Positions 28,166 to 36,230 of a DNA stretch of 64,000 nucleotides are shown here, in pieces. The notes under the pieces were generated by a model that searched no databases, was not told the DNA's origin, and saw only the letters and a program-made list of their open reading frames with translations. Both the position numbers and the translations under genes were made by a program. Source of the DNA: a plasmid; sequence record NZ_CP119397.1; one strand, given 5' to 3'. The first letter of the stretch is position 1. Each line of letters starts with the position of its first letter.

Positions 28166-29944
28166 ATGACTCACAGCAACCCATTACCCCGTATCGGCAT
28201 CCGCCCGGTGATTGACGGGCGGCGCATGGGCATCCGGGAATCGTTAGAGGCGCAGACCATGGCGATGGCCTGCGCCACCGCACGCCTGCTCAGCGGCACC
28301 TTGCGCCATGCGAACGGCGAGCGCGTAGAGTGTGTGATTGCCGAACAGTGCATTGCCGGGCGGGCAGAGGCCGCCGCCTGTGAAGCGGCCTTCAGCACCC
28401 AACATGTTGGCCTGACCATTACGGTGACGCCCTGCTGGTGCTACGGCAGTGAAACCATCGACATGGACCCGCAGCGGCCGAAAGCGATCTGGGGCTTCAA
28501 CGGCACCGAGCGGCCGGGGGCGGTCTATCTGGCGGCAGCGCTGGCGGCGCATAACCAGAAAGGGCTGCCGGCGTTTTCGATTTACAGCCACGAGGTGCAG
28601 GACGCCGGGGACGAGCGCATTCCGCCTGACGTGCAGGAGAAGCTGCTGCGCTTCGCCCGTGCCGGGCTGGTGGTGGCGACATTGCGCGGCAAAAGTTACC
28701 TGTCGCTGGGCGGGGTATCGATGGGGATCGCCGGGTCGATTGTCGACCATGACTTTTTCGAGTCCTGGCTGGGGATGGCGGTGCAGTGCGTGGACATGAC
28801 CGAGCTGCGCCGCCGGATGGACCACGCTATTTATGATGAAGAGGAGCTTGGCCTTGCGCTGGCGTGGGCGGGGCAGCATTTCCGCTTTGGGGAAGACCGC
28901 AACGCCGCGCACCATCAGCGCAGCGCCGCCGGGAAACAGGCGATGCTGCGCGAATCTCTGCTGATGGCGATCTGCATCCGCGACATGATGCAGGGCAACC
29001 CGGTACTGGCGGAGAAAGGCTGGGGCGAGGAGGCGCTGGGGTACAACGCCATTGCCGCCGGTTTTCAGGGCCAACGCCACTGGACCGATCACTACCCGAA
29101 CGGCGACACCGCGGAAGCCTTGCTCAACAGCGCGTTTGACTGGCACGGCATAGGCGAACCCGGTGTGCTGGCAACAGAAAATGACAGCCTGAATGCGGTG
29201 GCGATGCTGTTCGGCAAACACCTCACCGGCACCGCGCAGATTTTTGCCGATGTCCGCACCTACTGGTCACCGGCCTCGGTGCAGCGGGTCACCGGCCATA
29301 CGCTTACCGGCCGCGCCGCGCAGGGCGTGATCCACCTGATTAACTCCGGCTCGGCGGCGCTGGACGGTACCGGCTGCCAGCAGGCAAGCGACGGCCGGCC
29401 GGCCATCAAGCCGCATTGGGACATCACGCCGCAGGAGGCGGACGCCTGCCTGGCGGCCACCACCTGGCACCCGGCGCTGCATGACTATTTCCGTGGCGGC
29501 GGCTTCTCCTCCTGCTTCCTGACCCGCGGCGGTATTCCTTTCACCATGACGCGCATTAACCTGATCAAAGGGCGTGGGCCGGTGCTGCAAATCGCCGAAG
29601 GCTGGAGTGTGGATCTGCCGCCGGAGGTGCATGACACCCTGAACCAGCGCACTGACCCGACCTGGCCGACCACCTGGTTTGTGCCGCGCCTCACCGGCAG
29701 CGGCCCGTTCAGTGAGGTGTATAACGTGATGGCGAACTGGGGGGCCAACCACGCGGTGCTTACCGCCGGGCACGTCGGGGCGGATTTCATTACCCTGGCG
29801 GCGATGCTGCGCATCCCGGTCTGTATGCATAACGTGCCCGATGCGCAGATCTACCGCCCCAGCGCCTGGGCCGCCTTCGGCATGGACCCCGAAGCACAGG
29901 ATGACCGCGCCTGCCAACACTATGGCCCGGTATATAAACGTTGA
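28166..29944 (+). CDS. fucI: L-fucose isomerase / D-arabinose isomerase FucI.
   Basis: Near-colinear similarity to E. coli FucI along the whole length ([15 protein letters not shown]...[15 protein letters not shown]...[32 protein letters not shown]). Confidence 0.9.
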   Translation: MTHSNPLPRIGIRPVIDGRRMGIRESLEAQTMAMACATARLLSGTLRHANGERVECVIAEQCIAGRAEAAACEAAFSTQHVGLTITVTPCWCYGSETIDMDPQRPKAIWGFNGTERPGAVYLAAALAAHNQKGLPAFSIYSHEVQDAGDERIPPDVQEKLLRFARAGLVVATLRGKSYLSLGGVSMGIAGSIVDHDFFESWLGMAVQCVDMTELRRRMDHAIYDEEELGLALAWAGQHFRFGEDRNAAHHQRSAAGKQAMLRESLLMAICIRDMMQGNPVLAEKGWGEEALGYNAIAAGFQGQRHWTDHYPNGDTAEALLNSAFDWHGIGEPGVLATENDSLNAVAMLFGKHLTGTAQIFADVRTYWSPASVQRVTGHTLTGRAAQGVIHLINSGSAALDGTGCQQASDGRPAIKPHWDITPQEADACLAATTWHPALHDYFRGGGFSSCFLTRGGIPFTMTRINLIKGRGPVLQIAEGWSVDLPPEVHDTLNQRTDPTWPTTWFVPRLTGSGPFSEVYNVMANWGANHAVLTAGHVGADFITLAAMLRIPVCMHNVPDAQIYRPSAWAAFGMDPEAQDDRACQHYGPVYKR

Positions 29945-29951
29945 AGGGAAC

Positions 29952-29988
29952 ACGGGGGAGGCGGGGGCCTCTCCCGTTTTAAGGCCCT
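29952..29988. terminator. Hairpin after fucI. Member of the ACGGGGAGGCGG...CCCGTTTTA repeat (copy A).
   Basis: acacgggggaggcgggggcctctcccgtttta. About 85% identical to copy B at 31271. Confidence 0.4.
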
Positions 29989-30083
29989 ATCTCATGCCTG
30001 CCGGCATTGATCTGTAAAAAAACCTGCTATACCATGTGGGAATATAAATTCTTTTAAAACAGCTGGTTGCGATTGTTTTCCCG

Positions 30084-30524
30084 ATGAAAAAAAATGCTAA
30101 AGAAAAACCGGCATCTGCCGATATCTTCCTGACCACGTCTGTCACGTTGACGGGGTTTGATAAGGCTTACAGTGGTTTTGATAACGGCCGGTTTCACCGG
30201 CTGAGTGTCCAGATAAAGCCTTACTATTTTCCGACGGAAAACTGGATAACACGTTTCCATGAAAAATACCCGCATAGCGGCGTGGCATTTACCCTTTCTC
30301 AGCGTGGTATTGGCTATATCACGTTTCATGACATGACAATCAAGGCGGATGAACTCGATGCCTTTGTGTCTTCCCTGCTTGCTGTGATTGAAGGTATTAA
30401 CGAGGCAACGGGGAATGAACCTATTGTCACGGTGATAAGTGCCGGAGAGTGCGCACAGGCTGAGCACCCAGAGATCAATGCCTGTATGAACAGGATTGAT
30501 TTTTCACTGCAAGGAGCAAGATAA
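30084..30524 (+). CDS. Hypothetical protein (146 aa), no recognisable domain.
   Basis: ORF in the low-GC island. Translationally coupled to the next ORF (TAA and ATG 3 nt apart). No strong RBS. Confidence 0.5.
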   Translation: MKKNAKEKPASADIFLTTSVTLTGFDKAYSGFDNGRFHRLSVQIKPYYFPTENWITRFHEKYPHSGVAFTLSQRGIGYITFHDMTIKADELDAFVSSLLAVIEGINEATGNEPIVTVISAGECAQAEHPEINACMNRIDFSLQGAR

Positions 30525-30526
30525 AG

Positions 30527-31207
30527 ATGTTACAAGATGCCTGTGCCGCCTTTTCTCTCTTTAATACCTCGTCTGATCGGTTAAAGGCGCACTCCGCGCA
30601 CTATTTCCCGCGTTTTAATTACGCAGCCTGTGAGCTTTGGTTGTGCAATGAAATTTGCCATCTGGTTAATGCCGGGGAAAATGGTGTGCAGCAGATGTCA
30701 GACGGGGATGTGTTCCTCTATAATGAAGACGCAAAACGTGATTTAACCTTATATACCGCAGGAAGAACAGCCACCCCAGAAATAAAAAAACATATTGAAG
30801 TGAAAGTGGCTTACCCGGTAGAGAAATCAAAGTTCCTGGATTCCATAAGAAATTTGCGCGAAAAACTTACACCCTCGCTTGATGCTGAGTATCGGCTGGA
30901 AGGGTGGGTTTATCTGGTCTGGACGCAACATTATGCTATTTCACCGGACGCATTTTTTGAAACCCGTCTTCACTGGCTAAAAACGGAACTGGCATCCGGG
31001 GAATACCGTGGCGCATCAGGTATCACCTATCAACCCATGTTTTCTACGGTAAAACAGATTGCCGAGGGGAACTTAACCTGGCGCGGGCAGGATAAACACA
31101 TTGTGGTGAAAGCGGTGGCCTTTTCATTTCATAAAGAGTGGAAAGAAATATTCAAGGAAGTAAAAGAAAAGTATGCGGAGACCTTTGAGATTCTCGCCAC
31201 CCGTTAA
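30527..31207 (+). CDS. Hypothetical protein (226 aa) with a C-x4-C-x3-C-H cluster near the N-terminus.
   Basis: Low-GC ORF with an AGGAG RBS-like sequence upstream. Convergent with hcp. Confidence 0.55.
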   Translation: MLQDACAAFSLFNTSSDRLKAHSAHYFPRFNYAACELWLCNEICHLVNAGENGVQQMSDGDVFLYNEDAKRDLTLYTAGRTATPEIKKHIEVKVAYPVEKSKFLDSIRNLREKLTPSLDAEYRLEGWVYLVWTQHYAISPDAFFETRLHWLKTELASGEYRGASGITYQPMFSTVKQIAEGNLTWRGQDKHIVVKAVAFSFHKEWKEIFKEVKEKYAETFEILATR

Positions 31208-31270
31208 TGGGGCGCTGGCAAGGTATTATTGCCTGGAAGTATAGCAGCCTGATGTCGCAATACAGAAAGA

Positions 31271-31303
31271 AAACGGGGAGGCGGAGCGCTGCCCCGTTTT
31301 ATG
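31271..31303. terminator. Bidirectional rho-independent terminator (copy B of the ACGGGGAGGCGG repeat).
   Basis: aaaacgggg-aggcggagcgctg-ccccgtttt forms a perfect 9-bp stem with flanking T runs. Lies between convergent genes. Confidence 0.6.
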
Positions 31304-31309
31304 GCGCCA

Positions 31310-31789
31310 TTAAAAACGAGCCAGGTCGTTCCACTGGTCTGTATGGATAATGTTACCGTCACAATACTTCCAGGTTATTTTCCCATAACGCAGGAGAACG
31401 GTTTCAAGATGGGTTTTCGTGGAGGCGTCGGGATAGAGATCAGGGGTGATAGAGGTAATCTTAACATTTTCCAGCAGGGTGTTAAAATACTCGACTTCCC
31501 TGCCGGCCTCATTGACAGAATATTTTTTTATGACCGCGGATTTAAGGGTGAGATTATTGGTTAATGCTTTATACAGGAACGGTGTCGTCCTGTCCGCTTC
31601 TTTTTGAATCATGATGGGCGAATGGATACGGGTTCCCGTCAGGCGGCCGGTGTTCCCATCGATAGGAATAGTCAGATTGTGCGTAAAAAATTTCAGTTCG
31701 ATAGCGCCTTCTCTTCCAATAACTTCCGAGGCCCCAACAATCGGGGAGCCGTTTTCATCCGTTAACCATAAATAAGAGGGGTTGGACAT
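31310..31789 (-). CDS. hcp: Type VI secretion system tube protein Hcp (TssD), orphan copy.
   Basis: Hcp signatures (PSYLWLTDENGSPI...IPIDGNTGRLTGTRIH...LKSAVIKKYSVNEAGREVEYFNTLLENVKI...RYGKITWKYCDGNIIHTDQWN). AAGGAG RBS. The locus is AT-rich. Confidence 0.85.
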   Translation of the reverse strand: MSNPSYLWLTDENGSPIVGASEVIGREGAIELKFFTHNLTIPIDGNTGRLTGTRIHSPIMIQKEADRTTPFLYKALTNNLTLKSAVIKKYSVNEAGREVEYFNTLLENVKITSITPDLYPDASTKTHLETVLLRYGKITWKYCDGNIIHTDQWNDLARF

Positions 31790-31819
31790 TGATAACTCCT
31801 TTTGGTGTGATGTGTAATC

Positions 31820-32032
31820 CTAGTATTTTTCGAACTTCCCAATGATTTTACAATATAGCCAAAGTACAAAAAAAACAGAGGCGAGCATTAGCCGTCCCCA
31901 GTATTGAGGAAAGAAATGCAACCATAGGGATCCGAAAGCAAACACTAAAAAGGGTATAAACAAGTATTCAATTAATATTATAATAATGCTATTAAACACC
32001 GTGTTTGTCCCCAATAAAAGAAGCCAGATCAT
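31820..32032 (-). CDS. Small hydrophobic membrane protein (~70 aa, possibly 110 aa if it starts at 32152).
   Basis: 2-3 predicted TM helices (IWLLLLGTNTVFNSIIIILIEYLFIPFLVFAFGSLWLHFF). Lies between the 237-aa ORF and hcp. Confidence 0.35.
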   Translation of the reverse strand: MIWLLLLGTNTVFNSIIIILIEYLFIPFLVFAFGSLWLHFFPQYWGRLMLASVFFVLWLYCKIIGKFEKY

Positions 32033-32705
32033 CGAGGTTCCCAAAGGGGTTTTGTTTGACTTCCCTGATAATTTCAGAAAGAACAGGCTCGATAAAGTAA
32101 TAAAGCATTTCCATTTTTGCCTGGTAAAGCATCCAGTAATAGTCTGGGTCAAGCGCTTTCAACCTTCTGGCCGATAATGCCGCTTTTTGTTCAATTCCAA
32201 AGAAATAAAAGGTATAGGCTGCTGCGTGGGTTTTAGCAGCCAGCCTCTGGATTACCGTTTTTTGTATTATCTCTGATTGCGCCAGTGCAGAGGAAATTGA
32301 ATAAGCAAACGCATGGCGTGTCATTTTCGCGGTAAATGTGCTGCCGGCAAGGTAAGTCCCGTTTGCGACGAATTTACGGGCTGCGCCCTCTGGGTTGCCT
32401 TCTTTTATATCATCACAGACTGATTTAAAATAGAGGAAAAGCATCTGCCGGATGACATCATGATGCTTAAAAATAGATTGAATAGAATAGAGTGTCCTTA
32501 ATTCTTCGGAAAGTAATTCGTCACACACAGCATCGTAACCAGGAATAAAACAGGATGAATACCAACTGATGCGCTCCAGGCCGGAATAGAGGGCGGAGGA
32601 GACGTCTTCAGCGGATTGCATAACACGCTCAAACCCATGCTGTAAACTCAGGGCTAAATGCCTATCGTGTTGGAACTTGGCCCTCAGGTAATCAGATGCT
32701 CTCAT
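31992..32705 (-). CDS. Hypothetical protein (237 aa), predicted all-alpha, no recognisable domain.
   Basis: AT-rich ORF with a GGGAGAG RBS. Lies upstream of hcp on the same strand. Confidence 0.55.
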   Translation of the reverse strand: MRASDYLRAKFQHDRHLALSLQHGFERVMQSAEDVSSALYSGLERISWYSSCFIPGYDAVCDELLSEELRTLYSIQSIFKHHDVIRQMLFLYFKSVCDDIKEGNPEGAARKFVANGTYLAGSTFTAKMTRHAFAYSISSALAQSEIIQKTVIQRLAAKTHAAAYTFYFFGIEQKAALSARRLKALDPDYYWMLYQAKMEMLYYFIEPVLSEIIREVKQNPFGNLDDLASFIGDKHGV

Positions 32706-32945
32706 TTATCTCTCCCTATAGCAGGAAATTCGCATCACCCTGCGCACAGTCAATGCAGAAATCAAAATAGAGCGCTGACAAACCGTAAACAATCGCCATG
32801 AGTGGAAGGGTTGATATTAATCAAATTAACCACTGTGCAATTTGGCATTCCCTGATGACCAGGCGGCCTGGCCTGCTTCATCGGTACGGCCGGCGAAATG
32901 GCTGCTATCGTTAAACGGCATGCATTCACCTACAGGGAGAACACG

Positions 32946-33749
32946 ATGACCAACAAACTTGCATTAATCACCGGGGCGTCAAACGGCATTGGGTTTGAAA
33001 TCGCCAGACTGTTTGCTAAACATCATTACGATGTGATTGCGGTCGCCAGGAATCCGGAAAAGCTGGAGGACGCCTGTGAGACGTTGCGCCAATATGGCGG
33101 CCAGGTGCACGCCTTTTCTGCTGATTTGAGTGAGTACGACGAGATTGAGCGCCTGAAACGCCAGATTGATGACGCCGGGTTCGCGCTGGATGCGCTGGTG
33201 ATCAACGCCGGGCAAGGGCTGGGCGGGCGGTTTATCGGCGGGACTGACCTGGCGAAAGAGTTGCAGTTAATCCGGCTGAATGTGGATGCCTATGTGCACA
33301 TCGCCAAGATTTTCCTGCCGGACATGATCAGCCGCGGCGAAGGTAAAGTGCTGATGACATCGTCTGTTTCCGGCACGGCACCGATCCCCTTTGAGGCGAT
33401 TTACGGCGCGACCAAAGCCTTTGTGAACTCCTTCTTCTGGGCGATCCGCAATGAACTGAAGGGCACCGGGTTACAGATGACGCTGCTGATGCCGGGCGCC
33501 ACCGAAACCAATTTCTTCAAGAATGCCGGGCAAGCGGACACTACCGTAGGGGCAACTGAGAAAGCCTCACCTGCGGACGTGGCAGAACGCGCCTGGTATG
33601 CCCTGATGAGCGGCCATGAGTATGTGTACGGGGATGACAAAACCGAATGGGAAGGCGACATCCTTAACCGGATGCAGAGCGAACCGCAGAAAGCCCAGCG
33701 TCACCGTATTATCTCTGAGCCGGGTTCCGCCTCTGGCACCTCATCCTGA
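32946..33749 (+). CDS. SDR-family oxidoreductase.
   Basis: TGASNGIG motif and YGATKAF catalytic motif. GGGAGA RBS before the ATG at 32946. Confidence 0.8.
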   Translation: MTNKLALITGASNGIGFEIARLFAKHHYDVIAVARNPEKLEDACETLRQYGGQVHAFSADLSEYDEIERLKRQIDDAGFALDALVINAGQGLGGRFIGGTDLAKELQLIRLNVDAYVHIAKIFLPDMISRGEGKVLMTSSVSGTAPIPFEAIYGATKAFVNSFFWAIRNELKGTGLQMTLLMPGATETNFFKNAGQADTTVGATEKASPADVAERAWYALMSGHEYVYGDDKTEWEGDILNRMQSEPQKAQRHRIISEPGSASGTSS

Positions 33750-33774
33750 CCCTGGCGCCCAGAAGATGGCGGTG

Positions 33775-33805
33775 CAGCGGGCCACGCCACCGCCGCGGCC
33801 CGCTG
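33775..33805. terminator. GC-rich hairpin between the convergent SDR and glgX genes.
   Basis: cagcgggcc-N13-ggcccgctg forms a perfect 9-bp stem. The T tract is weak. Confidence 0.35.
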
Positions 33806-33814
33806 TGTTACCGG

Positions 33815-35887
33815 TTACGGGCGTCTGAACAGCGCAATGCTGCGCCCTTCCAGCTCGAAATCCTTCTCTTTGGTGATCACAATCCCCGGTTTTGCGGTGT
33901 CTGAGGTGGACAGCTCCAGCACCCAGCCGCCTTCACCGAATTGGGGAATGCGGAACGGCACATTGCCTTCAAACGGGTTGAACAGCATCAGCATGTCGTG
34001 CCAGATGCCCTCTTGCGACTCAAGGTCAGGCCGGTTGATATACACGCCAATGGTTGAGCCTTCATCCCACTGCTCCTCGCGCTGGAAACCGCCCCCGGCA
34101 TTGAACCATTTGATGTCCATGCCGTCGCGCCAGTTCTCGCGGCGCAGCAGCGGCTGTTGGGCGCGCAGGCTGATGACCCGGCGGGTGAACTCGCGCAGTG
34201 CCTGATCGTTGTCTGACAGGTCATCCCAGTGGATCCAGGAGATGTCGCTGTCCTGACAATAGCCGTTGTTGTTGCCTTGCTGGCTGCGGCCGAACTCATC
34301 ACCGGCCAGCAGCATCGGCGTGCCGTGGGAGAAGAACAGCGTGGCGAGGAAGTTGCGTTTCTGGCGCTCGCGCACCGTGGTGATGCCCTGGTCGCGGGTC
34401 GGCCCTTCCTCACCGTAGTTATAAGAGCGGTTATGGTTATGGCCGTCGTTGTTCTCTTCGCCGTTATCCTCGTTGTGCTTGTCGTTGTATGACACCAGAT
34501 CGTTCAGCGTAAAGCCGTCATGGGCGGTGATGAAGTTGACGCTTGCCCACGGGCGGCGGCCGCGCTGGTCGTAGAGGTCACCGGAGCCGAGCAGGCGGGC
34601 GGCGAAATCGGTCGTGACGTTATCGCCTTTCCAGTATTCACGCACCGTGTCGCGGTATTTGTCATTCCACTCGGCCCAGCCCGGCGGGAAGCCGCCGACC
34701 TGATAACCGCCGGGGCCGATGTCCCACGGCTCGCCAATCAGCTTGAGTTTGGACAATACCGGGTCTTGCATCATCGCATCGAAAAAGCCGCTGCGCTGGT
34801 CGAAGCCTTCCGGCTCACGGCCCAGGATGGTGCCGAGGTCAAAGCGGAAGCCGTCAATGTGCATCGTTTCCGCCCAGTAACGCAGCGAATCCATGATCAT
34901 CTGCAACACGCGCGGGTGCGAGGTGTTCACGGTGTTCCCGGTGCCGGTGTCGTTGATGTAGTAACGGTGCTGGTCGGGCAGGGTGCGGTAATAGGAGAAG
35001 TTGTCGATGCCTTTGAACGACAGCGTCGGGCCAAGTTCGTTGCCCTCCGCCGTGTGGTTGTACACCACGTCGAGGATCACCTCGATATTGGCGTCATGGT
35101 AGGCACGCACCATATCGCGGAACCCCTGGATGCCGTTCGGCCCGTAATAGCGCGAGGCAGGGGCGAAGAAGCCCAGGGTGTTATAGCCCCAGAAATTCTT
35201 CAGCCCGCGGTCGAGCAGGTGCTGGTCATCCGGGAACCAGTGCACCGGCAGCAGCTCCACCGAGGTGATGCCGAGGCTTTTGATGTACTCCACCGAGGCC
35301 TTATGGCCCATGCCCTCAAAGGTGCCGCGCAGCTCGCGCGGCAGCGCGCCGTTACGCTGCGTAAACCCTTTGACATGGGTCTCGTAAATCACCGTGTCTG
35401 ACCACGGGATCGCCGGGCGCTGCGTCTCCTGCCGGGCGTTGCCGGGGTCAATCACCCGGCACTTCGGCGTAAAGGGGGCGCTGTCACGGGCATCAAAGGT
35501 CAGGTCTTTATCTTCATGCAACAAATCATAGGCAAAATGCGCTTCATTCCATTCAATGTCCCCGGCCAGCTCACGCGCGTAGGGGTCAATCAACAGCTTG
35601 TTGGGGTTGAAGCGGTGGCCGTTCTCCGGATCGTAAGGGCCATACACGCGGTAACCGTAAAGTGCGCCCGGTTTCAGGCCCGGCACATAGCCGTGCCAGA
35701 CTTCATGCGTATATTCCGGCAGCTCCAGCCGGGCGATTTCGGTTTTTCCGCTGGGATCGTAAAGGCAAAGCTCAACGCGCTCCGCATGGGCTGAGAAGAG
35801 CGCAAAATTAACACCCTGACCATCAAAGTTGGCGCCAAGCACCTGGCCAGACCCTGTTGTGATTTCAAAAGGCTTATTGTTCGACAT
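33815..35887 (-). CDS. glgX: Glycogen debranching enzyme GlgX / TreX-type (GH13 isoamylase).
   Basis: N-terminal CBM48 region (LGANFDGQGVNFALFSAHAERVELCLYD) and GH13 catalytic regions (GFRFDLG, EPWD). GAGGAAAG RBS. Confidence 0.85.
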   Translation of the reverse strand: MSNNKPFEITTGSGQVLGANFDGQGVNFALFSAHAERVELCLYDPSGKTEIARLELPEYTHEVWHGYVPGLKPGALYGYRVYGPYDPENGHRFNPNKLLIDPYARELAGDIEWNEAHFAYDLLHEDKDLTFDARDSAPFTPKCRVIDPGNARQETQRPAIPWSDTVIYETHVKGFTQRNGALPRELRGTFEGMGHKASVEYIKSLGITSVELLPVHWFPDDQHLLDRGLKNFWGYNTLGFFAPASRYYGPNGIQGFRDMVRAYHDANIEVILDVVYNHTAEGNELGPTLSFKGIDNFSYYRTLPDQHRYYINDTGTGNTVNTSHPRVLQMIMDSLRYWAETMHIDGFRFDLGTILGREPEGFDQRSGFFDAMMQDPVLSKLKLIGEPWDIGPGGYQVGGFPPGWAEWNDKYRDTVREYWKGDNVTTDFAARLLGSGDLYDQRGRRPWASVNFITAHDGFTLNDLVSYNDKHNEDNGEENNDGHNHNRSYNYGEEGPTRDQGITTVRERQKRNFLATLFFSHGTPMLLAGDEFGRSQQGNNNGYCQDSDISWIHWDDLSDNDQALREFTRRVISLRAQQPLLRRENWRDGMDIKWFNAGGGFQREEQWDEGSTIGVYINRPDLESQEGIWHDMLMLFNPFEGNVPFRIPQFGEGGWVLELSTSDTAKPGIVITKEKDFELEGRSIALFRRP

Positions 35888-36230
35888 GCTTTCCTCGTTC
35901 TCAAAAGTACGGACTTTTCTGCACTGCAATGATGAGTACGTCAGCGTTTTTACACGACGGCATGAGCGGCATGAAATTTCGGTGTCACCAATCCTTGACT
36001 ATGCTGTAGGTAGGCCGGCAAGTGGTTGATTCTGCGTCGGGATGCTGCGTATGCCAATCAATCATAGACCATGCTGTAAGAAGTGCGGTGACGCTGTCAC
36101 CCCGCGCCGCCCAGACAGTGTGGCTGAAGGGCTGCCGTTCAGGCCGGAACAGGCAGTGAGGGCAGTACAGACGTACTGTGTGAAAGAGGCCGGAAACCAG
36201 GTCTTTTGCCTGACTTTTAAGGATGTACGT

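Noticed and set aside
31820-32152. The long 110-aa form of the small membrane ORF.
   Set aside because: It overlaps the upstream 237-aa ORF by 160 nt. The internal Met (start ~32032) gives a compact 70-aa TM protein with only a 40-nt overlap. Even this shorter form is low-confidence.
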